NCBI GenBank assembly: GCA_030651375.1
Contig: JAUSFM010000003.1
Span: forward strand, 184,718 to 248,717
Length of the DNA stretch: 64,000 nucleotides
Direction of reading: 5' to 3'
DNA from: Candidatus Woesearchaeota archaeon
GTDB lineage: Archaea > Nanobdellota > Nanobdellia > Woesearchaeales > UBA12501
In this document: one piece after another, positions 19,301 to 29,000 of the stretch
Layout: every line of letters begins with the position of its first letter
Numbering within the stretch: the stretch's first letter is position 1
Notes under the pieces: model-generated
The model's database searches: none
What the model saw: the letters and a program-made list of their open reading frames with translations, nothing else
Told to the model about the DNA's origin: nothing
Position numbers and translations under genes: made by a program

Positions 19301-22300
19301 GCTGAATTTCGATTATTTTTTCTTCAGTCTGGAAATTTCCCTGATTGTTCCGCCACTGCCAGTATAAGCGAACACGGTCAAAGCGATACGGAAGTTCTGC
19401 CGGAACATATGCGTCCATGTCGCCGTATTCGCCGGCTGCAAGCACGCCGGTGCCCATGAAGTTGGTGATGGGATAGCGTTTCTCGCCAATCTCTGCGCAA
19501 TCGCATTTGTTGTTGGCAAAGCCGTAGATTTGTTTGCAGTTTGTCGGGCTTGCAGTGCAGATAAGTTCTGCGCCGTAGGTTATTTCAGAGCCGGCGACAA
19601 GTCCGCCGGCGAGATGGTAAATAAATCGCGCGTTGCCGGTCACGGGATTGCTCGTCATGAATCGCCGCGTTTGTTTTGGATACAAAAAGCCCTCGCTCGC
19701 AACCGGCACGCTGCCGATGCCCGTCAAGGCACCTTCGATGTCAAGGTCGAAATCGCCGGTGAATGCGTAGAAGCACGCCGAGTGAATCAGGCTGCGTTCA
19801 TTAAGGATACTGTACAAATTTGATTTTCCATACCGGTCGGAAATCGCCGTGTGCATGTGCTCGCCGGCAGAGGAAACTGCTTTGAAAAAGCCGCTGATGC
19901 CCTGAAGCCGACCGCCGCCACCGCCGCCGGAGCCCGCACCGTAGCGCTGGGCAAAACATTTGACTGCTTCAATCAGGAAATCGCACAGTGTTTCTGAAAA
20001 CGCGCGCCGGCACATGCCGGTACTTCCTTCGCCTGTCAACAAAATGGATTGGAAGCACTGCCGGAACTGGACAAAGACGCGCTGGATAAGTGCAATATAG
20101 GTGTTGATGGCGGGCAGGCACATGCACCGGATTGAATTGACAATGCTGGACGTCGGGTCAACAACATAGTCGCGGTTCACCCGCGGCACGAGTCCGTATT
20201 TTTCCGCTTCTGCGCGTGTCAGGATTTTTTGGGGGAATTCAGGAACAAATTGTTCAAGCCCGCGGTCGTAGCCGACCACTTCGCCGGTTGCCGGATCTTT
20301 TCGCTCTTTCCGGTCAGCGTAGAATGTGCCGAGTTCCCACTGGCCATCTGCAATAAGCCGGAACCAGCGGTCGCGGATGGTGACTCTTTTTTTGTTGAGT
20401 GTTGGCTGGCTGTTGATTGCTTCAGTCACTTCAATGGTGCCATCGCGGGCAGGAAGTGTGCCGCCGTAGCGCACGCTGCCGACTAAGGGACGGACTTCTT
20501 CTTGGCAAATCGTTGAAGCGGATTCAACCGCCTGTCCGATGGGCCCGCCGCAGCTTTGTGCAGCGCGGGAAGATTTGGTTGCAGTGTCATAGATACATTC
20601 AGATTGCCGAAGCTCGTTGGTAAACCAGCACGCGCTGTCCCATTGATTGATGTATTCCTGCGCGCATTGTTTTTCCGGACTTGCGCCGGGCACTGTTGGA
20701 ATTCCAGAAAACGGAGTGAGCATTGACGACGATGAAGAGGAAAGCAATTCATCAGCAGCGTCGTACACTACCCCTTCGTTCATGCCGGGATTGCCGCACT
20801 GCGCTTCTTTTGCGTCGGCATTGGTGCTGCCGAGATCATAGTGCGCAGGATTAGTGGTGCCATCAGACTGAAGCGCGCGTGTCTTTGCCATGCTTGCCTG
20901 CGTGATGTGCACGGCGAGTGTGGGCGCTGCGGGACAGTACACGCGGTCGCATATCCATTTCATGTAGCGTTCGTAGTCCTTGCGTGACTCGCGCGACTGT
21001 ATGCATTGCTGTTTTTCAGGGCTGTCAGCTGCGTCGGCGTAGACGCCGGTGCAATCCAGTTTTTCGATGACAAGCTTGTAGTAGTACGCGGCAAAGCTGC
21101 CGAGGCAGGTTACAAATGTGCCGATCAAGACAAATTTCAGGTACTGCAAAATCTGGTTGAGCGTTTTGATTGCATCATCAAAAAAATGGATGGAATCTTT
21201 GAGCAGCCATGTGGGGAGCCAGCGCTCGTCAAGCTCAAGGTCGAGTGTCGTGACGACGTCAGTGCAGTGGAGTTGGGTGCGCGTAATTTTTCCAGCTCGG
21301 CCACCATACACGCCTGATGTTGAGGAAGGAGAGAGTGGTTGTTGGTAGTTTTGATATGAAGGACGGCCAGACACGCCGGAGATATACTGCGTGCCCGGTG
21401 GCGCCTGCGCTCCTGATGTTGCGGGTATGCCAGTGCCCATGCCGCTGGCGTCTTCGTATTCAAACAGCACTTCCATCTGCAATGGAATTTTTATGAGCAA
21501 ATCTTTTTTCGCGCTGATGTCACTGAGATTTTTTTGGAGGTAGGGAAGCTGGTTGAAGTTCACGACAATGCCGCCGACGGTGTAGTCATCACTCCAGGTT
21601 ACCTGCACGGGCTGACGCACGAGTGTTTCCGGATCAAATGCATAATCACGGCGGGCTTCAGTGCTCTGATGTAGTACGCGGAAACGAGGCGGCGACAAAA
21701 TAGTTGCACGGTCTGCGGGGCCGCGCCATTTCAGCTTGACGTTGAAGCCGAGCTGGGCAATGCCGTTGCGGAGATGCGCGGGGATGACGGTCGATGGAGT
21801 AATTTTTGATTGCTCAACTTCCCAGAAACCGCCGCTGCCGCACTTCGCAAACACAACCGACACCGGACCAGAAGTGGAACTTCTTCCAAGATCGTCCACA
21901 ACAAAAATCTGCAGCCTATTTTCAAACGTGCTGCCAACATCGTATTGCCTGCCGAAGGTGTTTGCCGACGAATCAAGCGGTTGCTGGGGCAGGTACTGCG
22001 TCAGGTTGGTCTGCACAAATTGAGTGAGGAGCACATCAATTGAAAATCTGCCGTCGGGTCCAGCAACAGCAGTATATTCTTTTTGCGGCGCCGCGCGCAC
22101 TGAAAGGCTTTTTACCAGATCGAGCAAGCTTGTGCTCCACGCGGAATTGGGAGTCACTTCATCATTGACGGTCACAAACACAACCGCGCCGGGCGTTGCA
22201 TTGCCGCGCACGGTGACTTTTTGTGTGTAGCTCGGGTTGAGTTCATTGAGGTTGTGCGAAAAGAGCTGGGGAGCAGGGCCGAGAATTTGAATTGTTTTTG

Positions 22301-23150
22301 ATTCCTGTTTTGTGTTGCCTGCTTCGTCTGCAAACACGAAATGAACGTCTGTTTTTTTGCCGATGTTCTGCGCAACGCTTTCAGAAACGGGAACACGAAT
22401 ATCAAATGCTCCGGCAGGCAGCTGCTGTTCGCTGACCGCGCCGCTGACGGTGATGGTCGCGACGATAGTTTCTGATGTTGTTCCTTTCAGCGCCAGCACA
22501 CCTTCAACAATGCTGATGTGCTGATCAAGTGAAACAACCGGCGCCACGGTATCAACCGTGACGTCGAATTCCTTGATGGTTTTCTGCACTGAGGTTTGGT
22601 TTGTTGCTTCATCAACAATTTCTTCAGCGCGGCCTTCGGCGATAACGACGATATGCGAAAGCCCTTCGTTGAGCGTGAAGGTGAGCGCGAATGCTCCTGC
22701 GCTGTCGGCAATGGTGATTGTGTGATACGATGTCGCGTTAGTAATCGGGAGTGCCGGATTGAGGTACGTTTTTACACGAGTGTGTGAATTGGTGGTGCCC
22801 TGCACCGTGAGCGTGCGCTTGTTTGTTTTTTTCGGCAGCTCAAGATTTAGCAGCACGCCGTATGCGCCGCGCTCGGATGAAAAGTTTCCGCCAGCGCCTT
22901 CTGCATCACTCGCGCCGTAGGGTGATGTTGGCAATGTGTCGGAGTATGCAGAAGTAGTTGAGGAGGAAGATGATGAATCAGATACATTTGAAGGGGTAGA
23001 AGAGGAGGATGGAGGCGTGTGCTCGTAGGTTGGCTGCGCGTGCACCACGGGTATGAGAATGACTAGGTACATGAAAAATGCCGCAATAATCTGTACGGTG
23101 TGCGCTGATTTCAGGCTCAAGTTCATGCTCATCCTCTTTTGTGTAGCCAT
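16359..23150 (-). CDS. Giant secreted surface protein (2263 aa) with Ig-like N-terminal region, Cys-rich repeats and a C-proximal N-acetylmuramoyl-L-alanine amidase (Amidase_2/PGRP) domain
   Basis: Signal peptide IIAAFFMYLVILIPVVHAQP; amidase signatures IVIHITAG, THFIIDRDGSMIQ, YHAG, NSQAIGIDL, HIYFHS, EDPGPLFDW at about 16970..17560; duplicated ICPGGITEDC / ICLNGITVDC modules at C-terminus. Confidence 0.8.
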   Translation of the reverse strand: MATQKRMSMNLSLKSAHTVQIIAAFFMYLVILIPVVHAQPTYEHTPPSSSSTPSNVSDSSSSSSTTSAYSDTLPTSPYGASDAEGAGGNFSSERGAYGVLLNLELPKKTNKRTLTVQGTTNSHTRVKTYLNPALPITNATSYHTITIADSAGAFALTFTLNEGLSHIVVIAEGRAEEIVDEATNQTSVQKTIKEFDVTVDTVAPVVSLDQHISIVEGVLALKGTTSETIVATITVSGAVSEQQLPAGAFDIRVPVSESVAQNIGKKTDVHFVFADEAGNTKQESKTIQILGPAPQLFSHNLNELNPSYTQKVTVRGNATPGAVVFVTVNDEVTPNSAWSTSLLDLVKSLSVRAAPQKEYTAVAGPDGRFSIDVLLTQFVQTNLTQYLPQQPLDSSANTFGRQYDVGSTFENRLQIFVVDDLGRSSTSGPVSVVFAKCGSGGFWEVEQSKITPSTVIPAHLRNGIAQLGFNVKLKWRGPADRATILSPPRFRVLHQSTEARRDYAFDPETLVRQPVQVTWSDDYTVGGIVVNFNQLPYLQKNLSDISAKKDLLIKIPLQMEVLFEYEDASGMGTGIPATSGAQAPPGTQYISGVSGRPSYQNYQQPLSPSSTSGVYGGRAGKITRTQLHCTDVVTTLDLELDERWLPTWLLKDSIHFFDDAIKTLNQILQYLKFVLIGTFVTCLGSFAAYYYKLVIEKLDCTGVYADAADSPEKQQCIQSRESRKDYERYMKWICDRVYCPAAPTLAVHITQASMAKTRALQSDGTTNPAHYDLGSTNADAKEAQCGNPGMNEGVVYDAADELLSSSSSSMLTPFSGIPTVPGASPEKQCAQEYINQWDSACWFTNELRQSECIYDTATKSSRAAQSCGGPIGQAVESASTICQEEVRPLVGSVRYGGTLPARDGTIEVTEAINSQPTLNKKRVTIRDRWFRLIADGQWELGTFYADRKERKDPATGEVVGYDRGLEQFVPEFPQKILTRAEAEKYGLVPRVNRDYVVDPTSSIVNSIRCMCLPAINTYIALIQRVFVQFRQCFQSILLTGEGSTGMCRRAFSETLCDFLIEAVKCFAQRYGAGSGGGGGGRLQGISGFFKAVSSAGEHMHTAISDRYGKSNLYSILNERSLIHSACFYAFTGDFDLDIEGALTGIGSVPVASEGFLYPKQTRRFMTSNPVTGNARFIYHLAGGLVAGSEITYGAELICTASPTNCKQIYGFANNKCDCAEIGEKRYPITNFMGTGVLAAGEYGDMDAYVPAELPYRFDRVRLYWQWRNNQGNFQTEEKIIEIQQIGDEPPLSCQFKLSGYQCEIAAGQLGRAAFLKRPRPVKSVFMVNEPIDVDVELEKYSPNNRAGTIRPDVAQALSLAGQQVPYFLMYQLRDQNGNVIPLERYAGSTISAPTSSSAASSAARSMAVRAIVEDGVSRFTIPSVVLTEDMITRGMYGGAAGYARTVAYTNPDFAEAGGNKLPLRSLPSIDVSYPSRENLAVGLLMFRTKDAAGRDAFCYSVQHASLSDDLAKLLEGSRNYQFEIVPGAIPCTDAELSASGLSPSTTALLKNNIYRFDSALGTISYHGLRIQPEYGSVLPGKLYADGIAFLAQQRAAATQCDDITAQNPVHWKLSLELRPCKTRFENDIPGPDTCIPGDAVARFGGKALEFTGADAIDIPVACSKVTATGELPACTSNAFVNQECNCVGTSTSSRCGIAQGLNYCSASGSCIGYEACTTTDKNNGLYVDPSNNQNICDCNGKLGGATDMECGFGNFCVPCPAPNSAQYACVSDKDSFVKNPAQAATLCAQRPASVPPVSPGPSAPGTGASTPTPGTIGPVISGPFTPQIVTLGSYGSVDLNPATACGPDDDCAFHARADTVDRPIRSSSKISSIVIHITAGSSSAYDTYKNIFFKGVNSDGEKVGTHFIIDRDGSMIQIEQEDIITYHAGCSANNPACAKPGINSQAIGIDLANYAGNSPCSGCIDVRNQLNMVHGKAWSYPGGTRYWEPFPDAQMKTLAKTVAEIMVRYGISIDHIYFHSTIGRPQYVDGTSGYSCEGFTAGQPNGVYGGHEDPGPLFDWCTFKATVLQAVEQYAAASPTVAAVASPEEAGAQYAGSFVERVSRICPGGITEDCLNTNKDFVLAQDDQYRGLCTAITSCTDAYDAQVDTLLGTISDVLLDLRLEKKLAPPAVTTLPTAADGTQLAQRFANDMELICLNGITVDCVQAHKPEVAAKVSAYAAQCNHVPECDNAFTRGIYTELGNLVAQRVDEIYGEVTSSAGTT

Positions 23151-23180
23151 GGTTGTTTCGGTTTTGCCCTTTTTATGTTT

Positions 23181-25142
23181 TTATGTGGTAAAGTGAGGAA
23201 CGGCCTTGCTGGTGTGCGCAGGAGCACTGGTGTCTTCAATCATTTTTGCCTGGTCAATCATTGTTGCGGGATGCGGAACATATTCAAGCACGGTAAATTT
23301 CACGCCAGTTCCGGATTTAATGTCGCGCTTGGATGGTGTCCAGTTCATCTCGAGCCGACCGATGAGTTCATCGTTCCCATCAAGAAGCGCCAGTGTTACG
23401 TCGTAGGTAATGCCATTCGCATTAATGATATCAACCGTGCCGAGACGGCCGACACCTGCATCGCCGAGGTCTTCGGCAAGTTTTTTCCCATCCAGCGGGA
23501 AGCGGGTGACGCTGCTGAATGCCGTGACATCTTTTGTGGTGATGAACACGAGCGCTGTTTCGCCGCTGTGCAGGTTTTCTTCTTTGTTGACTTGTTTCTG
23601 GGTGATGGTGCGCTTGACGACGGAAACCGGCAGGTGGCGCACCGGAAGAAGGTTAACGTCAACGCTCTGCTGGCTCCGGTCGAGCTGTTGTTTGGTGGTG
23701 ACATAATCTTCGTGCTCGACAACAACACTGCCCGGTGTGCAGAATTTCGGAAGGAGTGTAGACAACCGCGCAATACCGCCGACTTGGTCAGTTCTGCCGA
23801 GCGGACAGCTGAACAGGTTGACGCAATCAAACGACATATTGGCGCCGTTGATGTACACGCCGCTTTCGTTGTCAAACGTGTAGATAGCGAATGGTTCCTC
23901 TTCCCGGTCGTTGCATACTTCGCGGTCGCGCTCGAAGACCGTGAAAACGCTGGTGTCGAGGTTTCGCCGCTCGCCCTGGTTGTGGTCAATTATCACCGGC
24001 AGGGCAAAGCGGAACACGTAGCCCGCGCCGTTGAATGCTTTGTCGTCGATAATCGTGAACATGAGCGGGTACTGGAGTGTGTAGGTGAAATGGTAGGCGC
24101 TGACGCAGAGGTACTTCAGATATTCCCGCGCACCGCGGCCGAAGCTTGCCTGCATCACATCGCCGACGCTGGGCGTGACGCGGAAGTCAAACGGCCAGTC
24201 TTTGCGGAACGTGACGCCGACGGAAAGGTCTCGATAATTTTTCTCGGATACTTTCCATTCAAAATGGTTGCGCGCGTACGGGTCATCGCGGGGAATCGGC
24301 GGCGTTGCCGTGTTTGAAACACGGATGCGAGGCAGGTTGTGGTAGAGCCGATTCTGTAGGGTGTTGAGCACTGCTTTTCTGCTCCACTGCGGCTTGTCGC
24401 AGGTGAACAACACATCGGTAAACGGAATGTCATCCGGCGGCCTGCCACTGCCGAGTGTCATGAGTTCCATCGTGAGGTCTTCCAAAAACAGTTTTTGGTC
24501 TTCGCTGAAAAAAATATCTTTTGCCAGCTGCGCTATGGTGCCGAGTTTGACGTCGAGCCGGCTGCCGAACGTGGAGAATGTAAAGGTCTGGCCGCCTGTT
24601 GTTGCGGTGAGGGGATAGGTAAATTTCACTGCTACCGCGTCGGTGCCTATGCTGGTTTCAGCACTCATCGTCGCAGGAAATGAAAACGTGAAAGCGCGTG
24701 TAAATTCTTCTGCGTTGAGTCCTTTGAGGCAGGTTTCCATCTGGCGGGTGATAAACGTGGAGAGCTCGGTTTGCATGAAGCCAATAGTTGGCGCGCGGTT
24801 TTCGCCGGCGAAGTACCACAGCGGCATCTTCAGGTCGCCCGCGGGGGTGAGGGAGAGAAAACTTTTTGGGTTGATGGCGATGCGCGGCGGCACAGAAATA
24901 AAGCCGCCTTGGCTGCCGAGCAGCATGATGCCTTGCAGCGCCTGCTCGTCAAGGCATTGTTGGACAAACGTATGGATGCTTTTGAATTCAGTGGGAATAT
25001 TTTTTTCATCGCCCACGCCCGCGAGGAGTTTTTCACGCGAAAAATAAAGCATAAATGCAACGCTAATTAGGAGAAGTATGCCAAGGATTATAAAAAACGT
25101 CACCTGCCCCTTTTTTTGCAACATCAGAGTAAAATGAGGCAT
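23181..25142 (-). CDS. Large type IV pilin-like protein with class III (archaeal prepilin) signal peptide
   Basis: N-terminus MLQKKGQVTFFIILGILLLISVAFMLYF: KG|Q cleavage motif plus hydrophobic helix; paralogous to 35074..37392. Confidence 0.65.
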   Translation of the reverse strand: MPHFTLMLQKKGQVTFFIILGILLLISVAFMLYFSREKLLAGVGDEKNIPTEFKSIHTFVQQCLDEQALQGIMLLGSQGGFISVPPRIAINPKSFLSLTPAGDLKMPLWYFAGENRAPTIGFMQTELSTFITRQMETCLKGLNAEEFTRAFTFSFPATMSAETSIGTDAVAVKFTYPLTATTGGQTFTFSTFGSRLDVKLGTIAQLAKDIFFSEDQKLFLEDLTMELMTLGSGRPPDDIPFTDVLFTCDKPQWSRKAVLNTLQNRLYHNLPRIRVSNTATPPIPRDDPYARNHFEWKVSEKNYRDLSVGVTFRKDWPFDFRVTPSVGDVMQASFGRGAREYLKYLCVSAYHFTYTLQYPLMFTIIDDKAFNGAGYVFRFALPVIIDHNQGERRNLDTSVFTVFERDREVCNDREEEPFAIYTFDNESGVYINGANMSFDCVNLFSCPLGRTDQVGGIARLSTLLPKFCTPGSVVVEHEDYVTTKQQLDRSQQSVDVNLLPVRHLPVSVVKRTITQKQVNKEENLHSGETALVFITTKDVTAFSSVTRFPLDGKKLAEDLGDAGVGRLGTVDIINANGITYDVTLALLDGNDELIGRLEMNWTPSKRDIKSGTGVKFTVLEYVPHPATMIDQAKMIEDTSAPAHTSKAVPHFTT

Positions 25143-25186
25143 TTCGCTTTATAAATATTATGACTGAAAACAGTGCGAAAATGGCG

Positions 25187-26017
25187 CTAAGAAAAAGAGA
25201 GGTACCACGCCCTGTTTATGGTGCTAAAAATAAACAAAAAGGCAAACGCGCCAAGTGTTTTCAGCGGCTCAGGAAGCAACGAAGCGAGTGAACCGACCAG
25301 CATCACGATGACAAAAAAAATGAGCAGAATGCCGAGCGGTTTTGCGAACCGTGAAAATTCGGTGACGCCGGTTTTCAGCGCATCCCACACCGCGCGAAAT
25401 TTCGGCGTGCGAAAAAAGTGGATGTAAAAAAGAGTGGTGAAGTGGCAGTACAGCATCACCAACGCCAGCACGAGTGCCTGAAGGAAAAAAATGTAGGTGT
25501 AGCCGGACGCGCGCGATGCAAGAGAAAACAGCGGCGCGTTGTAGAGGTTCGCAAGATACAGCAGCGCCGAAAACAGGGGAACCAAGGTCAGCGGCACCCA
25601 GACCAAGCTCACGGCGATTAGTTTCAGCCAGCAGTGTACTAGTGAATATTTTTCAGGCAGTTTTTGTTTGCCCTGTTTTTTCAGAAGAGACTTCCAGATA
25701 AGCGCACGGGTAAACGTCCATGCCAAAAAAAGGTACACGGCAAAGACTGCAAGGAGACCAATGATTTGATAGGTGCTATTTCTGACCGCAGTTGCATTGG
25801 CCAGCGCAGCAGCACTGTCGGCAGCGAGTGAGCCAAGATTGAGTGACTGCATCGTTGCCACGATGGATACCTGCAGTTTTTGGACGGCAAACCCACCCAG
25901 TGCCGCAAGGCCAAGAAAGAGCCACTCGGCAAAAAAAGCGTGCAGATGATGCACGTTGAGCTGGCGCATCATGCCAAAAAAATCTGTAAAGCCGACTGTT
26001 CGTTTCATGTGGTTCAA
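25187..26017 (-). CDS. Polytopic membrane protein, hypothetical
   Basis: 276 aa, about 7 hydrophobic segments. Confidence 0.55.
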   Translation of the reverse strand: MNHMKRTVGFTDFFGMMRQLNVHHLHAFFAEWLFLGLAALGGFAVQKLQVSIVATMQSLNLGSLAADSAAALANATAVRNSTYQIIGLLAVFAVYLFLAWTFTRALIWKSLLKKQGKQKLPEKYSLVHCWLKLIAVSLVWVPLTLVPLFSALLYLANLYNAPLFSLASRASGYTYIFFLQALVLALVMLYCHFTTLFYIHFFRTPKFRAVWDALKTGVTEFSRFAKPLGILLIFFVIVMLVGSLASLLPEPLKTLGAFAFLFIFSTINRAWYLSFS

Positions 26018-26031
26018 CTTAATTTTTGATT

Positions 26032-29000
26032 TTAATTCTTAATTTCCGGAATCTGGCCGAGCTGGGCTGTTGCGCTGGTTTGCGCATCAGCAGGTGTGCC
26101 GCCGGTTGGCACTGTGGTGCTTGAAATTTCCGGCGATGACTGCACAATGGTGTTACAGAACATGCCGCCATCAAGCTCGTCGCTGACAAAGCTTTGCAGG
26201 TTACTGGGATTGTGGAACTTGATGCATATTTCAGTGTAGTCCGTCGGCAGCACGCGCACAATTGTTTGCTGGCCGATCATGGTGATGCCGCCGCTGTCGC
26301 ACCGCGGACTGAAAACGTTGTTGTCATTGTTGCCGTCTTTCTGCGGGTCAATAATTGTTTCGCCATTCGGACCGCGGAGCCAGATGGTGAATATGAGGAA
26401 CTCGTTCTTGAATGCTTTTTCAATATCATTCTTCGTCGGGTTTTCTGCTGGTGGTGGATTGTCAATCTGGCACAATCTGCCCGGACTGATTTCGCCGTTG
26501 ATGCGGTAGTACATTCCCGGTTGGTTATGCAGTCCGCCTTCTTCAATCGGCACGGGCATGGGCGCTTTTTCTGCAGCAATCCAGAGTTTGAGTTGGCCGT
26601 CAAGGTCGTACAAGAATCCTTCCTGTCCCTGCTCGGCATTGCTTCGGTCGAGATATTTCCAGCACATGCTTTCTTCCCAGTCACCGGTGAACAAGCCGGC
26701 AAGCACGGGGTCTGTTTTGGTAAGCTTTTTGAGGAATGCTTCGCCGCCGAACCAGTCGCCGAAAATGCCGTCGCATTTCGTTTTGTCAGAGACAAGGCCG
26801 CAGAAGTTTTTGATGTCATTGCCCATTTGCACCCCTTCATTGGCGAGATTGACCATGTCAAAGAAGGTGAGTTTCGGTGAGCCTGCAGAGTCTATTTTTT
26901 CCTTGCAGTCTTTTTCTGACATGCCGCTGGTTTTGCAGAATTCCGCGATTTCAACTTTATTGCCTTTTTCGTCAACAACCATACAGCCCGCGCGTGATTG
27001 AATGGTGCACGCGCCGCCGAGGCGTGAAACCACGCGGCCAGTTGTTTTGCACACGCCGGCGTCATCACATCCGAGCGCAAAGCCGCACTTCACGCCGCCA
27101 TCGCAGTATATCGACGATGTTTTTTCCTCGTGGTCAAATTCTTCAAATACACGCGCGGGTTTGCCATTAAGATCGATGCCCATGTGCGAACTACTTTCTG
27201 CTTTGCCGTCGGTGCCGAGATTAGTGATAATGAGATTCTCGGTATGCGTACGGTCAATTGTTTGGAGGGGTTTTCCATCCGCTCCCAAAACAGTAACAAC
27301 GCCGTCTTTTTCTGTGACCGTTGTTTCTTTCCCCAGTGTCGTCAAAAGTTCAGGAGCGCCGCTCGGCCCGGGTGCCATCAGTGATGTGCTGCCGTCAGAG
27401 TTTTTGACGAGCACAACGCCGGAAATGGATGGAGTTAGTATGGTGCCGTCTTCAAGCTTGAACGTTTTTGTTGCTGGATCATATTTCGCTTCCGCAGGCC
27501 CGCCGCTGCACACCGTAAGAATAATACCGTTTTTACACGAACGCGGACGTTCGAAGGTGACGCTCTGGATATTTCCTGCTGCATCAGTTTTTACTTCTTT
27601 CACGCCCATACTGATGAGGTCGCTGGTGGTGCCATCTTTGGCAACGAATTGTGTCAGCACGTCGCCGTGCCTGACCTCAATGCCTCCATCAGCGCGCTTG
27701 GTAAACGTGGTGCCATCTTCAAGTTTTATTTCATTGCCTGAAACAGTGGCAGAAAGTTTCGTATCTTGGTCAACATCAATAGCGCATTTTCCGTCTTTAT
27801 CACATACAAGTGTGCCTTCGTAGGTTGCTTGCACAAAGTCCTTCAAAGCGCCGGGTGACGTTCCTTTTTTCGACACTGCAGGTTCAAATATCTGTTCGAG
27901 GGTTTTTGCTTCAGCCGCTGCTGCAGCTGGTGTTGGCGCAGGAGTTGGACCGGGTACTGGAGTTGGTGGTGCGACAGGAGGAGGAGTTGGCGGAGTCGAA
28001 GGCGTAGGGACTGGAGCAGGAGATGTTCCGCCGAATACAAATGAGGTAGTGCCGCCGGGAGTTTGTTGTCGAGCACAATTTCCAGCACCGTGATCTGTTT
28101 CACATTGTGTTTTTGCTTTTTCTTCAGAATCAAATCCTCCTGCACCGACCAAGTATCTTTCTGTGGCAGCTGGAACAGGAACTGGCGCAGGCGTTGCGCC
28201 GGGCATTGACCCAGCAGCAGGCGCTCCGGAAGATGGCGCAGGCAACTGATTAGAAAGTTCTTGTACAACACGCATACAATTGATATTTGTCGAGCATTGG
28301 TTAGTTGGATCATGAGCAAGCGTCCGACATTGAGCCGCACTAAATCCGTTCTGTTGACAGTATGTATTAAGATTGATGGCAAGCGCTCCTGCATCTGCAT
28401 TTGATAACGATTGAGGAGGCGTAGAAGCTGCAGTAGGAGAGCCGCGAGAAGGAACTGGAGCAACTGCACCAGGCACGGGAGCAGATCTGGCAGGAGTTGG
28501 AGCAGGTCCACTTGTTGCAAGAAGCCGTGAAAGCGCATTTACACAGTTATTATTTGTGCGGCAATCGCTGATAGTCGTTGCTTGTGAAAGGCAGGTTGTC
28601 GTGTCAATTCCTTGGCCGCGGCAATAATTTGAGATTTCAGTTGCGCGCGTTGCTGCTTGCGCATCATTAAGGGGCGGTGTCGACGGAACAGCAGGCGCCG
28701 GAGTAGGGAGAGTAACAGGACGTGGTGGTTGCGGCTCTGCCGACGGTTCTGTCGGAACGCCTGCTGCACTACCTGGCGGAAGATTGATTGATGGACGCTG
28801 CTGTTGTGCTTGAGCAAGCGCTTGCTGACCAATCGGATTACTTCTAAGCGCGCCAGCGACAACATCATTAGTAATGACCTTTCCGTCAGTGTCATATACA
28901 TTGCCTTCGTAATCAATACTGTACGGAGAGTCTTGCAACGGGACTGCACCGGGAGGAACACGGTTTGGTGGCCGGACAGCAAAACGCGCTGCAGAAGGAG

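Noticed and set aside
16427-23000. Dozens of 60-170-aa ORFs on the plus strand and alternative minus frames inside the giant genes (e.g. 16527..16895, 16998..17504, 18802..19305, 21006..21317)
   Set aside because: They lie entirely within long, well-supported reading frames on the opposite strand and have biased Ala/Arg/Ser/Pro composition typical of shadow ORFs in GC-rich coding DNA.
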